Assembly (NCBI GenBank): GCA_963847445.1
Contig: CAWJZV010000018.1
Location: 64,001-128,000, forward strand
Length of the DNA: 64,000 bases
From: an uncultured delta proteobacterium
Lineage (GTDB): Bacteria > Desulfobacterota > Binatia > UBA9968
Direction: 5' to 3'
The translations under genes were made by a program, and so were the position numbers. The notes beneath the pieces were generated by a model, which was not told the DNA's origin, did no database searches, and saw nothing but the letters and a program-made list of their open reading frames with translations. Position 1 is the stretch's first letter; every line of letters begins with the position of its first letter. Positions 1-10,828 of the stretch are shown here, in pieces.

Positions 1-33
1 TTGGCTGCCAGCAACAAGCAGCCGCCACAGCCC

Positions 34-156
34 ATTTTAGATTTTGAATTTTGGATTTTGGATTGGGGAAAACGAGCTGGTCACGGCAACGCCACGGAAA
101 AATTTTATCCGATAATCCAAAATCCAAAATCGGCCCCGCGGACTAAAATCCAAAAT
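34..156. repeat. Inverted 7-mer tandem repeat (TTTTGGA)n ... (TCCAAAA)n intergenic palindrome
   Basis: TTTTAGA-TTTTGAA-TTTTGGA-TTTTGGA at 34-63 faces ATCCAAA-ATCCAAAAT at 115-130 and AAAATCCAAAAT at 145-156. Confidence 0.75.
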
Positions 157-179
157 TATCACCTCATCGCTCCATTCAG

Positions 180-1311
180 TTAATTGCGAATGTCCTGCAG
201 TAGCCACTCGGTCGGAAATTCCCGGCCCAAGCCGCGCTCTTTGATTAGACGATAGGTCGCGCCGCCGACTGAAGCGAACTGAATACCTTGGATCTGATTG
301 CCGCCGACTCCAAGGATTTCTTCATCATCGCGCCGGCCCGGATTGGCGCCATCGAATCAAGTCTTTGAAGCTGACTACTTTGCGCTTGTCGAAACCGCCC
401 TCCCGTTCGATCTCCGGTATGCGCGCCAAGTCCTCCGGCTGGCCAGCAACGTAGGCGCGATGATTGCCTGAAATCTTTTGCGCGCGCGACACCGCGGCGC
501 CAAATGCTTCTCCGGCGCGCGTCGGTGTTGGGCGCGAAAGTGTAAAAAGCGCGAATCCGCTCAGCGCAGGAGCGGTCGAGCTCGACACTGCCTTTCACGG
601 TGCAAACAAAAGCGCCGGCATCGACGGACGCGGCCAGGAATGACCGGCACCGTAGCATCCGTGCAGGCCGAAACGATCTGCGCGCCGTTGACAGCTGCTT
701 CAGCGGTTGCGACCGGAACCACTTCGACGCCAAGCCGCTCGGCCAACTTGTCGGCGAAGGCCTGGCGATTTGCCGGCGTCGGGCTATAGACTTGGACTCG
801 TTTGATCCGCCGGACTTCGGCGAAGGCCAACGCATGGGTCCAGGCCATGCCGCCCGAGCCGATCATGCCGACAGTGTCAGCGGCCGCACTCGACAAATAC
901 TTGGCCGCGATGCCGGCGGTGGCGCCGACTCGTAGGTGCTGCAAGTAGCCGTCGTTCATGATCGCCAGCGGCTCGCCGTTCTCGGTGCTGAATAGCAGAA
1001 TCAGACCGCAGAACAGTCCTGGCCGTTGGCAATATTTCTCTTGGGTTTTGACGCCACCGCGTTGGTCGACCAGTAGGCGATGTCGGACTTTATCCGGGTG
1101 GCAAATACCCCATAACGCCGGCTCGTTCCTTCCATCGAGCCCCACTGATAATAGCCCTGCGGATCGCCTGACGGCGCCCAGACATCGATCCGCGGCCGGC
1201 AGAGTGGCATCGCCGCGATAATACTCTTTGACTCCCTTCCTCGATGGCATCGAGACAGGTCTTCATGTCGAGCACCTGCTCGATATCCTGGTTACTGATG
1301 AGGAGAGCCAT
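180..1311 (-). CDS. Ornithine cyclodeaminase / mu-crystallin family protein (frameshifted)
   Basis: Joined frames: MALLISNQDIEQVLDMKTCLDAIEEG..., GEPLAIMNDGYLQHLRVGATAGIAAKYL, Rossmann motif GMIGSGGMA, C-terminus GIQFASVGGATYRLIKERGLGREFPTEWLLQDIRN*. Confidence 0.85.
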
Positions 1312-1344
1312 GAGATCACTTGAAACTTTCGGATTCGGAGTTTT

Positions 1345-1485
1345 TCTCCCGCAAAGGCGCAAAGACGCTAAGTGACAGGCCAGAGGCCTGTCAACCCGAG
1401 CGAATGCGAGGGATCTAAGATGGATTTCTCTCTCCGTTCGAAATGACAACGTTCACCCTTTGCGCCTTGGCGCCTTTGCGGGAGA
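1345..1485. repeat. Nested REP-like palindromes (9-mer-period outer arms, TGTCA...TGACA inner hairpin)
   Basis: Outer arms TCTCCCGCAAAGGCGCAAAG (1345-) and CTTTGCGCCTTGGCGCCTTTGCGGGAGA (1458-1485). Inner TGTCAACCCGAGCGAATGCGAGGGATCT...GAAATGACA (1389-1448). Confidence 0.75.
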
Positions 1486-1489
1486 TCTC

Positions 1490-3740
1490 CTAATTTCTTC
1501 TTCTGCATCGCCCAGTAAATTTTCTCCGCTGACAAGCGGCAGATCGAACAGCCGCACGCCGCAGGCATCGGCGATGGCATTGGCAATGGCCGCCGCCGTC
1601 GGCACGTTGGGATTCTCGGCGATCGCTTTGCCGCCATAGGGCGTCGGCCCGGTGGGGCTTTCGACCAAGACCGTCTTCAACGGCGGCACGTCGGCGATGC
1701 ACGGCAGCTTCGCTTCGCCCAAGCTCAGGGTCGCGATCTTGCCGTCCACCAGCGGATTCTCTTCCATCAGGCGCAAAGCCAAATCCGGTGACGATACCGC
1801 CTTCGATCTGCCCGGTGAGGGTCAGATGATTGAGCACCGTGCCGGTGTCGTGCGCCGTGGTTAGATTCAAGACCTTGACGCCGCCGGTGGTCGGATCGAC
1901 TTCGACCTCGGCCACTTGAGCGGCGAAGCCGGTGACTTTCGGCATATCCTTCGGAACATAATTGGTCAGGTGAAATACCGGGCCGCCGTTTTCTTTGACG
2001 GCCAGCGCGATCATCTTTTCGGTGGTCGTCGACTTCTTGTTGGGCGCCGTGAGCTTGCCGCCCTGTTGCTCAATCTCCTCGGGCTGGCAACCCAACTCGC
2101 GCGCCGCCAAGGCGACTAACTTGGCGCGCACTTCTTGCGCCGACTGGTTGACCGCGTGGCCGGAAGTGTTGGTTTGTTTGCTGCCGCCGGTGCCCGGATC
2201 GAAGGGCAAGCTGTCGGTGTCTTTGAAAACCACGCCGACTTTTTCCGGCGGCAAGCCGAGCGCCTCGCAAACCATCTGCTGGCTGACCGTGTAATATCCC
2301 GGCCCGACGTCGGGCACGCCGGTGAGAATATTCACTCTTGCCGTCCGCCTCCAGCGTCAACGCCGAGCTCGCTTTGCCTTCCGGCGTGCCGCGATCGTAG
2401 AGCGCCATGCCCCAGCCGCGATTTTTCTTGGCGCCGCCTTTTTTCCAACCGGAGGTCTTGACGATGCGCTCCAGCACTTCGCCCATGAGAATGTGGCTCC
2501 ATTTCTCACCCATGGGATTGGCGTCGCCGTCGTGCAAAATATTCTTGCGGCGCAGCTCCAGGGCGTCGATGCCCATCTCCTTGGCGATGATGTCCATCTG
2601 CGATTCGAAGGCGAACACGACCTGCGGACTGCCCGGCGTGCGCGTCTGGGTGCAAGGCACTTGATTGGTGTACGAACAAAAAGTCTGCACGTCGATGGCC
2701 GGACAGCGGTACATGCTCGCCAAACGCCGCCCGCCAAGCACGGTCACTTGCGGATTGGCCTTCTGCGAACCGTAAGCGCCGCCGCTGAAGTAAATATCGC
2801 CTTTGACCGCCAGCAGCGTGCCGTCGGCGGCGACGCCGGTCTTCACCGTGATCACCGACGGATGGCGATGGCCGCCGATCAGGATTTCCTCGCTGTAGTC
2901 GAGCACCAGTTTTACCGGCTTGCCGCCGACAGCTTTCGATAGGTAATAGGCGATCGGCACGTCGATCAACGACGCCTTGGCGCCGAAATCGCCGCCGACA
3001 TGGACGATGTGAACCTTGATCTTCTCCTGCGGCACGCCGAAGTCTTCGGCCATCTGCTCGCGCAAGCCCCAGGGCCCCTTGTTCGACGCCCACACTTCGA
3101 CCTGGCCATTGGCATGAACCTGCACCGTGCAGGCGCACGGCTCGATGTAGCCATGATGCGACAGCGGCGTGCGAAAGGTGTGTTCGAAAACCCGCGCCGC
3201 CTGAGCGAAACCGGCCTCGACATCGCCGTTCTTCCAGCGCACGTAGGATTGCAGATTATGGCCGGACATTCCTTCCGGCAGCTTCGGCGTGTTCTTATAT
3301 TTATTGCGATCCTCGTGGATCAGCGGCGCGCTCGGCTTCAGCGCTTCCACCGGATCGTCGACGTAGGGCAGCTCTTCATACTCAACGTCGATCAAACCGA
3401 TCGCTTCATCGGCAATCGCCTCGCTGTCGGCCGCCACCGCGGCGATCGCATCCCCTGCCATCCGGACCTTGTCGTAAGCCAACACCGGCTGGTCTTTCAC
3501 CCGCGTGCCGACGAAGATGTCTTTCACGTCCGCGCCGGTGAGCACCGCGCGCACGCCCTTCAACGCCTTGGCCTTCGAAGTGTCGACTTTGACGATGCGC
3601 GCGTGGGCCACCGAAGCGCGCAACACCTTCGCCCACAGCAGCCCTTCAAACGGCAAATCCGCCGCGTACTTGGTCTGCCCGGTTACTTTGCCGTACCCTT
3701 CGATGCGGGGCAGTGTTTTACCAATGGTGCGATAAGCCAC
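1490..3740 (-). CDS. Xanthine dehydrogenase/CoxL family molybdopterin-binding large subunit (frameshifted)
   Basis: GTG start after GGAGGT. Motifs KVTGQTKYAADL, HGYIEP, VGGDFGAK, AFESQMDIIAKEMGIDALELRRKN, GQIEGG, GPTPYGGKAIAE, AIANAIADACGVR. Confidence 0.9.
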
Positions 3741-3887
3741 ATGACCTCCCAGTTCTATTTTGGATTTTAGATTGCCGATTTTGGATTGCCGGATCAAGAA
3801 TCGGAAACCTACTTCGAAGACATCAACTGTCGATACGTCTTACTCCCAATCTGAAATCCTACAATGCCTATTGTCTCATGCCTCTGC

Positions 3888-4884
3888 CTACTTAATCACC
3901 CGATTCGCCCGCGAGAGAAACTCCGGCGAGAGTGTCAGTCCGATCTGTTTCGCCGCCTTCAAGTTGATGACAAACTCAAACTTCGTCGCCTGCTGCACCG
4001 GCAGATCAGCCGGCTTGGCGCCTTTCAAGATCTTGTCCACGTAAACAGCCGCGCGCCGATAGAGGTCAGTCGTAGTCCGCCCCATAGGACATGAGACCGC
4101 CCTCATCGACAAACTCCTTCTGGAAGTAAATAGCCGGCAACCGGTATTTGCCGGCAAGCTCGACGATCCGCTTTCTTTCGGCGAAAAAGGGGCGAGTGGC
4201 GGTCGTCATAATCGCGCCCACCTGCTTCTGCTTTGCGGTTTGAAAGGCGCTCTCTAAACCTTTGGCGTCGAGTTGAGTCTCGATCTCTTCCAATTTTAGC
4301 TTCAGTGCCAGAGCCGCAGGCCTGAGCTCTTTCAGTTGGAGGTCTGATCCTACGCCGCCTCCCGGCGGCCGCAGAAGTCCAACTCGGGCGAGCTTGGGGA
4401 CCGCGTCCTTGAGTATCTCTAGCCTTTTGGTATTTAGCTCGGTCGCTAAACTCGAGAGCCCGGTGACATTGCCTCCCGGCCGCGCCAGACTGGCAACCAA
4501 ACCTGCACCCACGGGGTCCCCAGCGGTCGCCATCACGATGGGGATGGTAGTAGTCGCTTTCTTCGCCGCCAACGCCGATGGCGTCCCTGCGACCACGATC
4601 AGATCAACCTTAAGACGAACCAGGTCCGCCGCAAGCTCAGGTAGGCGCTCAGGCTTTTGCTCGGCAAATCGGTACTCGATGGTGATATTCTTTCCCTCAA
4701 TCCATCCAAGCTTGCTCAGCTCTTGCCGGAACGCCTCCACGAGGACCGCGCTACCGGAAGCAGTGCTTGCATCCAGGAAACCGATGCGGAAGATTTTCCC
4801 TGGCTGCTGCGCGTGAGCGGCGGACGCAGTAAGCGCAAGGAGCAAAGCGCCAGAGCGCTGAAGACAATAGATTTTTTTCATCAT
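3888..4884 (-). CDS. ABC transporter substrate-binding protein, COG2984/ABC_sub_bind family, copy 1
   Basis: Signal peptide, RIGFL, GLVASLARPGGNVTG, GGLMSYG, VDKILKGAKPADLPVQQATKFEFVINLK. One frameshift near 4070. Confidence 0.9.
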
Positions 4885-4948
4885 GAGATTTTCTCCCGCT
4901 GTCTTCTGACTGACTGCTGATCTCTGACTTCTGATCTCTGGCAGACTG

Positions 4949-5940
4949 TCACTTGATCACCCTATTCGCCCGCGCGAGCACCTCCGGCGGGAATCGTCAG
5001 TCCGATCTGCTTCGCCGCTTTCAAGTTGATGACGAACTCAAACTTCGTCGCCTGCTGCACCGGCAGATCAGCCGGCTTGGCGCCTTTCAAGATCTTGTCC
5101 ACGTAAACCGCGGCGCGCCGATAGAGGTCATCGAAGTCCGCCCCATAGGACATGAGGCCGCCGTCATCGACAAACTCCTTCTGAAAGTAAATAGCTGGCA
5201 ACCGGTATTTGCCGGCAAGCTCGACGATCCGCTTTCTTTCGGCGAAAAAGGGGCGAGTGGTGGTCGTCATAATCGCGCCCACCTGCTTCTGCTTCGCGGT
5301 TTGAAAGGCGCTCTCTAAACCTTTGGCGTCGGGTTGAGTCTCGATCTCCTCCAATTTCAGCTTCAGCGCCACAGCCGCAGGCCTGAGCTCTTTCAGTTGG
5401 AGGTCCCAGGATATGCTATGTCCCGACGGCCGCAGAAGTCCAACTCGGGCGAGCTTGGGGACCGCGTCCTTGAGGATCTCTAGCCTTTTGGTGTTTAGCT
5501 CGGGCGCTAAACTCGAGAGCCCGGTGACATTGCCTCCCGGCCGCGCCAAGACTGGCAACCAAACCTGCACCCACGGGGTCCCCAGCGTTCGCCATCACGA
5601 TGGGGATGGTAGTAGTCGCTTTCTTCGCCGCTAACGCCGACGGCGTCCCTGCGACCACGATCAGATCAACCTTAAGACGAACCAACTCCGCCGCAAGCTC
5701 AGGCAGGCGCTCAGTCTTTTGCTCGGCAAAACGGTACTCGATGGTGATATTCTTTCCCTCGATCCATCCAAGCTTGCGCAGCTCTTGCCGGAACGCATCC
5801 AAGAGGACCGCGATACCAGAAGCAGTGCTTGAATCCAGGAAACCTATGCGGAAGATTTTCCCCGGCTGCTGCGCGTCGGCAACGGGGACAATAATCGGAA
5901 AGACAATTGCCAGTAGCCAGAAGAGAACGGATTTCATCAT
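4949..5940 (-). CDS. ABC transporter substrate-binding protein, COG2984 family, copy 2
   Basis: Same motifs as copy 1 and a near-identical mature region. Frameshifts near 5548 and 4982. Confidence 0.9.
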
Positions 5941-5992
5941 GGACTTGTCTCCGATGTTCTTACCGACACCGAACACTGACTGCTGGCCACGC

Positions 5993-7045
5993 TCACTTGA
6001 TTACTCTGTCTGCTCGGACCAGCACATTCGGCGGGATCGTCAGGCCGATTTGCTTCGCCGCTTTCAGATTGACGACGAACTCAAACTTCATCGGTTGCTC
6101 GACTGGGAGATCGGCGGGCTTGGCGCCTTTCAAAATCTTGTCGACGAAAACGGCGGCGCGGCGTAGTAAGTCGTTCTGGTTCACGCCGTAGCTCATCAGC
6201 CCGCCATCTTCGACAAAGTTGCTTTGCGGATAAGAAGCCGGGAGACGGCTCTTTACCGCGTGTTGGGCAAGCTGGGTTCGCCTGAGTACTAATCACCGGA
6301 CCCCGCAGTACAAAAACAGCTTCAGCCCGAGCCTTAGTAGCCTCTTGGAACGCGACTCCGATATCCTTGGCGCTTAAAATGTCTAGGAATTGAAGCTGCA
6401 TTCTGAACGCCCCCGCGGCGCGTTCGGTCTCTCTCAACTGGATGCCGTTACCGGCGTTGGCTGAATTCCCAAATACCGCCAAACGGGAGAGCTTCGGCAC
6501 AATCTCTTTGAGCAGCTCTAGCCGCTTTCCCGATAAGTCCGCTACCATCGAGGACAACCCAGTGATATTCCCTCCCGGTCGCGCAAGGCTTGTCACGAAG
6601 CCGTTTCCGATGGGATCAGGATCCTGAAAAACACTATGGGGATCGTGGTGGTTGCTTCCTTGGCGGCCCGGGTATTTGTCGCACCTCCCGTAACGATCAC
6701 GTCTACCTTGAGACGCACAAGTTCGGCAGCGCGGCCAGCCTCATTTTTCTCCGCGCTTGGGGATTCAATGACGAAATTTGTTCCCTCGACGTAGCCGAGT
6801 TCGCGCAGGCCTTGTCGGAATGCGCTTAAGCTGGCCGAGTTGGCGGAAGGGTTGCTGATGCTAAAGTAGCCTATCCGGTGGACTTTCTTCGGCTGCTGAG
6901 ACTCAACCCCATCGGCCAATCCTACGAAGGCAATAACGAGGGCAGCAAGCTCCACCCATTTAGATCTGCGGCGCCGCTTTTGGATTTTCGATTGCCGATT
7001 GTCGGATTGAGAACCCAGAAACGGATTTAGCGATTTTTTGTCCAT
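5993..7045 (-). CDS. ABC transporter substrate-binding protein, COG2984 family, copy 3 (divergent)
   Basis: KKVHRIGYF, ELVRLKVDVIVTGG, SLARPGGNITGLS, ADLPVEQPMKFEFVVNLK, PPNVLVRADRVIK. Several frameshifts. Confidence 0.88.
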
Positions 7046-7086
7046 GTGCTTTTTCGTCGATTGCCTATTGCCTAGTGCTCCGTCGC

Positions 7087-8080
7087 CTACTTAATCACTC
7101 GATTCGCCCGCGAGAGAAACTCCGGCGAAAGTGTCAGTCCGATCTGTTTCGCCGCCTTCAAGTTGATGACAAACTCAAACTTCGTCGCCTGCTGCACCGG
7201 CAAATCAGCCGGTTTGGCGCCTTTCAAGATCTTGTCCACGTAAACAGCCGCGCGCCGATAGAGGTCAGTCGTAGTCCGCCCCGTAGGACATGAGACCGCC
7301 CTCATCGACAAACTCCTTCTGGAAGTAAATAGCCGGCAACCGGTATTTGCCGGCAAGCTCGACGATCCGCTTTCTTTCGGCGAAAAAGCGGCGAGTGGCG
7401 GTCGTCATAATCGCGCCCACCTGCTTCTGCTTTGCGGTTTGAAAGGCGCTCTCTAAACCTTTGGCGTCGAGTTGAGTCTCGATCTCCTCCAATTTGAGCT
7501 TCAGTGCCACAGCCGCAGGCCTGAGCTCTTTCAGTTGGAGGTCTGCTCCTGCGCCGCTCCCGGCGGCCGCAGAAGTCCAACTCGGGCGAGCTTGGGGACC
7601 GCGTCCTTGAGTATCTCTAGCCTTTTGGTATTTAGCTCGACCGCTAAACTCGAGAACCCGGTGACATTGCCTCCCGGCCGCGCCAGACTGGCAACCAAAC
7701 CTGCACCCACGGGGTCCCCAACGTTCGTCATCACGATGGGGATGGTAGTAGTCGCTTTCTTCGCCGCCAACGCCGGTGGTGCCCCTGTGACCACGATCAG
7801 ATCAACCTTAAGACGAACCAGGTCCGCCGCAAGCTCAGGTAGCGCGCTCAGGCTTTTGCTCGGCAAATCGGTACTCGATGGTGATATTCTTTCCCTCAAT
7901 CCAGCCAAGCTTGCTCAGCTCTTGCCGGAACGCCTCCACGAGGACCGCGCTACCGGAAGCAGTGCTTCCATCCAGGAAACCTATGCGGAAGATTTTCTCC
8001 GCCTGCTGCGCGTGAGCTAGTTGGACAACCGCCAGAAGCAAGGCTGTAAAGTACAGAAGAGAAGAATATTTATTTCTCAC
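7087..8080 (-). CDS. ABC transporter substrate-binding protein, COG2984 family, copy 4
   Basis: GTG start and signal peptide ending AHA-QQ. Near-identical to copy 1, including the C-terminus LTLSPEFLSRANRVIK. Frameshifted. Confidence 0.9.
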
Positions 8081-8189
8081 TGGTTTTCCCTCGACCTGGT
8101 CCGGTGCAATTTTGCTAACTTCGTACAAGTCGAGATCTACGGAACTGCGAGTGCTCGATCGAAGTTCGGGATGACAGCCGTCTTTGTTG

Positions 8190-9376
8190 TCATTCCGCGG
8201 CACCGCCGAGGAATCTCGCATCGAGATATTCGTCATCGTCAAATCGAATCGAGTTGACCGGCGCTAAGCTCAGTCCATACAGCTCCGCGCAATTGTCCCA
8301 GAGAATTTTCTTCTGGCTCTCTTTCGAGACGTTTTTCATTTCGAGAAACTCTTCGACAGCCTCCGGGAAATCCGAATCGCCGTGGGGATAATCGGTCGAG
8401 AAAACGATTTTATCGTCACCGATCAGATCGATGATCATCGGCAGTTCTTTTTCATGTTCGGTGGAGATCCAGCACTGGCGCTGGAAGTATTCGCTGGGCT
8501 TCAACTTGCCGGCAGTCGGGAAACGCCCCTTCGCCATGGCATTGTCCATGCGGTGAAGTAAAAAAGACACCCAGCCGCAGTAGCATTCAAGAAAGGCCAA
8601 TTTCAGTTTCGGATGGCGCTCGCAGACGCCGCCGCCGATGGTGTCGACCATCGCCACCATGTTTTCCAACGGATGCGACACGACATGGCGCAGCAGCAAA
8701 TTGTCGCCGAAGCGATCGCCGATCTGCGCCACTTCACCGGCCGCGGTCGCCGAGTGAAAACCGATGGGCACACCGAGTTCTTCCAAGGCCGACCACACGG
8801 AATCGAAGTAGCGCGAGTGCCAGGGCAGATTGCGCATCGGCTCCGGCCGCGCGAAGACGCCGACAAAGCCCAGCTTGCCGACGGCGCGCTGGGCTTCCTT
8901 CACCGCCTCGTTGGGATCTTGCAGCGGCAGCATGCCGACGCCTTTCAACCGCTTGGGATCGGTCTGGCAGAAATCGTAAAGCCAATTGTTATAGGCCCGC
9001 GCGATGGCCGCGGCCAGCTTTGGATCCATTTCGTCGCGCATCATGATGCCCAGGCCGATGGATGGATACAGCGCCGCGACATCGAGTCCTTCGCGGTCCA
9101 TGGCTTGAAGCTGGCTCTTGGCATCGAAACCGTTGGCCCGGTAGTCTTTGATCTCCTCGTCGATGCGCGTGGCGTCGAAGATGCCGCCGCGGTAAGCCGG
9201 CTTGTAACCCTGCAAGTATCTTGCCCTCGATCATCACCATCGCCGAGCTGCGCGCCGTCGAGCTTAAAATCTTCGGCGCCCGCTCGCGCCACTCCGGCTC
9301 CATGTACTTGTCCCACAGATTCCGCCGGCTCGCGCAGGTGCATGTCGGAATCGAGAATCTTAAAACCATCTTTCAT
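8190..9376 (-). CDS. Amidohydrolase family protein (Amidohydro_2, LigW/ACMSD-like)
   Basis: N-terminal DSDMH metal motif, AYNNWLYDFC, PIGFH, FLECYCGW, FSTDYPHGD, KILWDNCAELYGL. Frameshifts near 9215 and 9320. Confidence 0.9.
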
Positions 9377-9696
9377 GTGATCGCTCCCGTAAATTTTTGT
9401 TTCAGGAGTATCACGAGGCGGTAGCGGGATGCCAACTATGCGGGAAGCCAGATCATGTTGAGGTGCGCGGATCGTCGTAGAGGCAGGTCTAAAACCTACC
9501 CTTGCCGAGGCGGGTAAACCGAGGGCGAAACTAAAGTCCGTTGGCTCTATTCCAAAGGGCGCTGAATTCGTGGACTAAAGATCGACTCTTAATTCAGTCA
9601 TTCCGAATTGACCGTGACCCCGGTGAAAACCGGGCGTCCATCCCGATCCCCTTGAACCTGGATACCGTTTTCCAACGGTATGACGGACGCGGTCCG

Positions 9697-10629
9697 TCAC
9701 ATCAGCTCACGAATCAACGACTGTGCCACTGCCGGCGCGATTCCCAGTCGCCGCCGCGCCATCGGGCCGCCTTCGTCGAGCACCGGCTCCAGCTGATCCA
9801 AGGCGGGCAGGTCGTCGCGTTTCCAGAATAGACCTATGGCGATCTCATCGCCCCATTCGTAACCATACTTCATGGCGGCGGCGAAGTCGGTCGGATCATG
9901 CTTCTTATCCTCCAACTTGAAGGTCCGCTGTTTAAAAAAGTCATGATCGTTTTCGAGATTGAAGGTCACGCAGGGACTGAACGCGTCGATCAGCGAGAAG
10001 CCGCGGTGTTGAATGCCGCCCTTGATGAGCTCGACCATATGTTTCACCTGCCCGGTGTACGCCCTGGCGACATAGGTCGCGCCGGCGGCGATCGCCAGCG
10101 GGATCGGATTGATCGGATTCTCCACGCTGCCCGCCGGCGTGCTCTTGGTTTTCATTCCCTTGGTGCTGGTTGGCGAGATCTGGCCGGTCGTCAGCCCATA
10201 AACCTGATTGTTCATCACGATATAAGTGAGATCGACGTTGCGCCGCATCGAGTGCACGAAATGGTTGCCGCCGATGCCGTAGCCGTCGCCGTCGCCGCCG
10301 GTGACGATGATCTTGAGTTCATGATTGGCCATCTGCGCGCCGGTGGCGACTGACAGCGCGCGGCCGTGCAAAGTATGCATGCCGTAGGTGCTGATATAGC
10401 CGGGCAGATTCGATGAGCAGCCGATGCCGCTGATCACCATCGCCTGGTGCGGACGAATACCCAGCTCCGCGAGCGCCTGCTTCAACGCGACCAGCACGCC
10501 AAAGTCGCCGCAGCCCGGGCACCAATCCGGTTCGGCCTTGCCTTTGAAATCCTTGACCGTCAACGGCAAGTTCGCCCGCGGCGGCACAGCAGCCTTAGAT
10601 TCAAGTTCGACCGTAGATAATGTCATCAT
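9697..10629 (-). CDS. korB: 2-oxoacid:ferredoxin oxidoreductase subunit beta
   Basis: WCPGCGD, GIGCS, HGRAL, TPP motif GGDGD...NN, YGLTTGQISPT, FSPCVTFN. Confidence 0.93.
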   Translation of the reverse strand: MMTLSTVELESKAAVPPRANLPLTVKDFKGKAEPDWCPGCGDFGVLVALKQALAELGIRPHQAMVISGIGCSSNLPGYISTYGMHTLHGRALSVATGAQMANHELKIIVTGGDGDGYGIGGNHFVHSMRRNVDLTYIVMNNQVYGLTTGQISPTSTKGMKTKSTPAGSVENPINPIPLAIAAGATYVARAYTGQVKHMVELIKGGIQHRGFSLIDAFSPCVTFNLENDHDFFKQRTFKLEDKKHDPTDFAAAMKYGYEWGDEIAIGLFWKRDDLPALDQLEPVLDEGGPMARRRLGIAPAVAQSLIRELM

Positions 10630-10687
10630 TCGCTCCTTTATCTTGTTGGTCCTTCAAGCGTTCCCGTGAAGCGCGGATCGGAAAGTG

Positions 10688-10773
10688 CACCGCCGAGGCG
10701 CGGAGTACGCGGAGTCAAGAGATTTTGAATCAGGAATTTTCCGAACTCTGCGAACTCTGTGCCTCTGCGGTGA
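10688..10773. repeat. 9-mer-period intergenic palindrome (CACCGCCGAGGCGCGGAG family)
   Basis: CACCGCCGAGGCGCGGAGTACGCGGAG ... CTCTGCGAACTCTGTGCCTCTGCGGTG. Second copy at 13016-13100, so the two copies flank korA-GYD. Confidence 0.8.
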
Positions 10774-10828
10774 ATCCTTCTTCACATGATACACGAGACT
10801 CGAAACATTCGTTCGTCAAACCATAATT

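Noticed and set aside
1-183. 60-aa ORF (ILDFEFWILDW...IQNPKS)
   Set aside because: Translation of inverted 7-mer repeats
3760-7293. Recurrent plus-strand ORFs (LNHPIRPREKLRR..., FKLMTNSNFVACCTGRSAGLAP...)
   Set aside because: Antisense shadows of the conserved 3' end of the binding-protein genes; they repeat only because those genes repeat
3888-8080. Diversity-generating retroelement explanation for the variable paralogs
   Set aside because: No reverse transcriptase in the window, and the differences are not adenine-specific (e.g. TCG/CCG, CTC/TTC, GCT/GTT)
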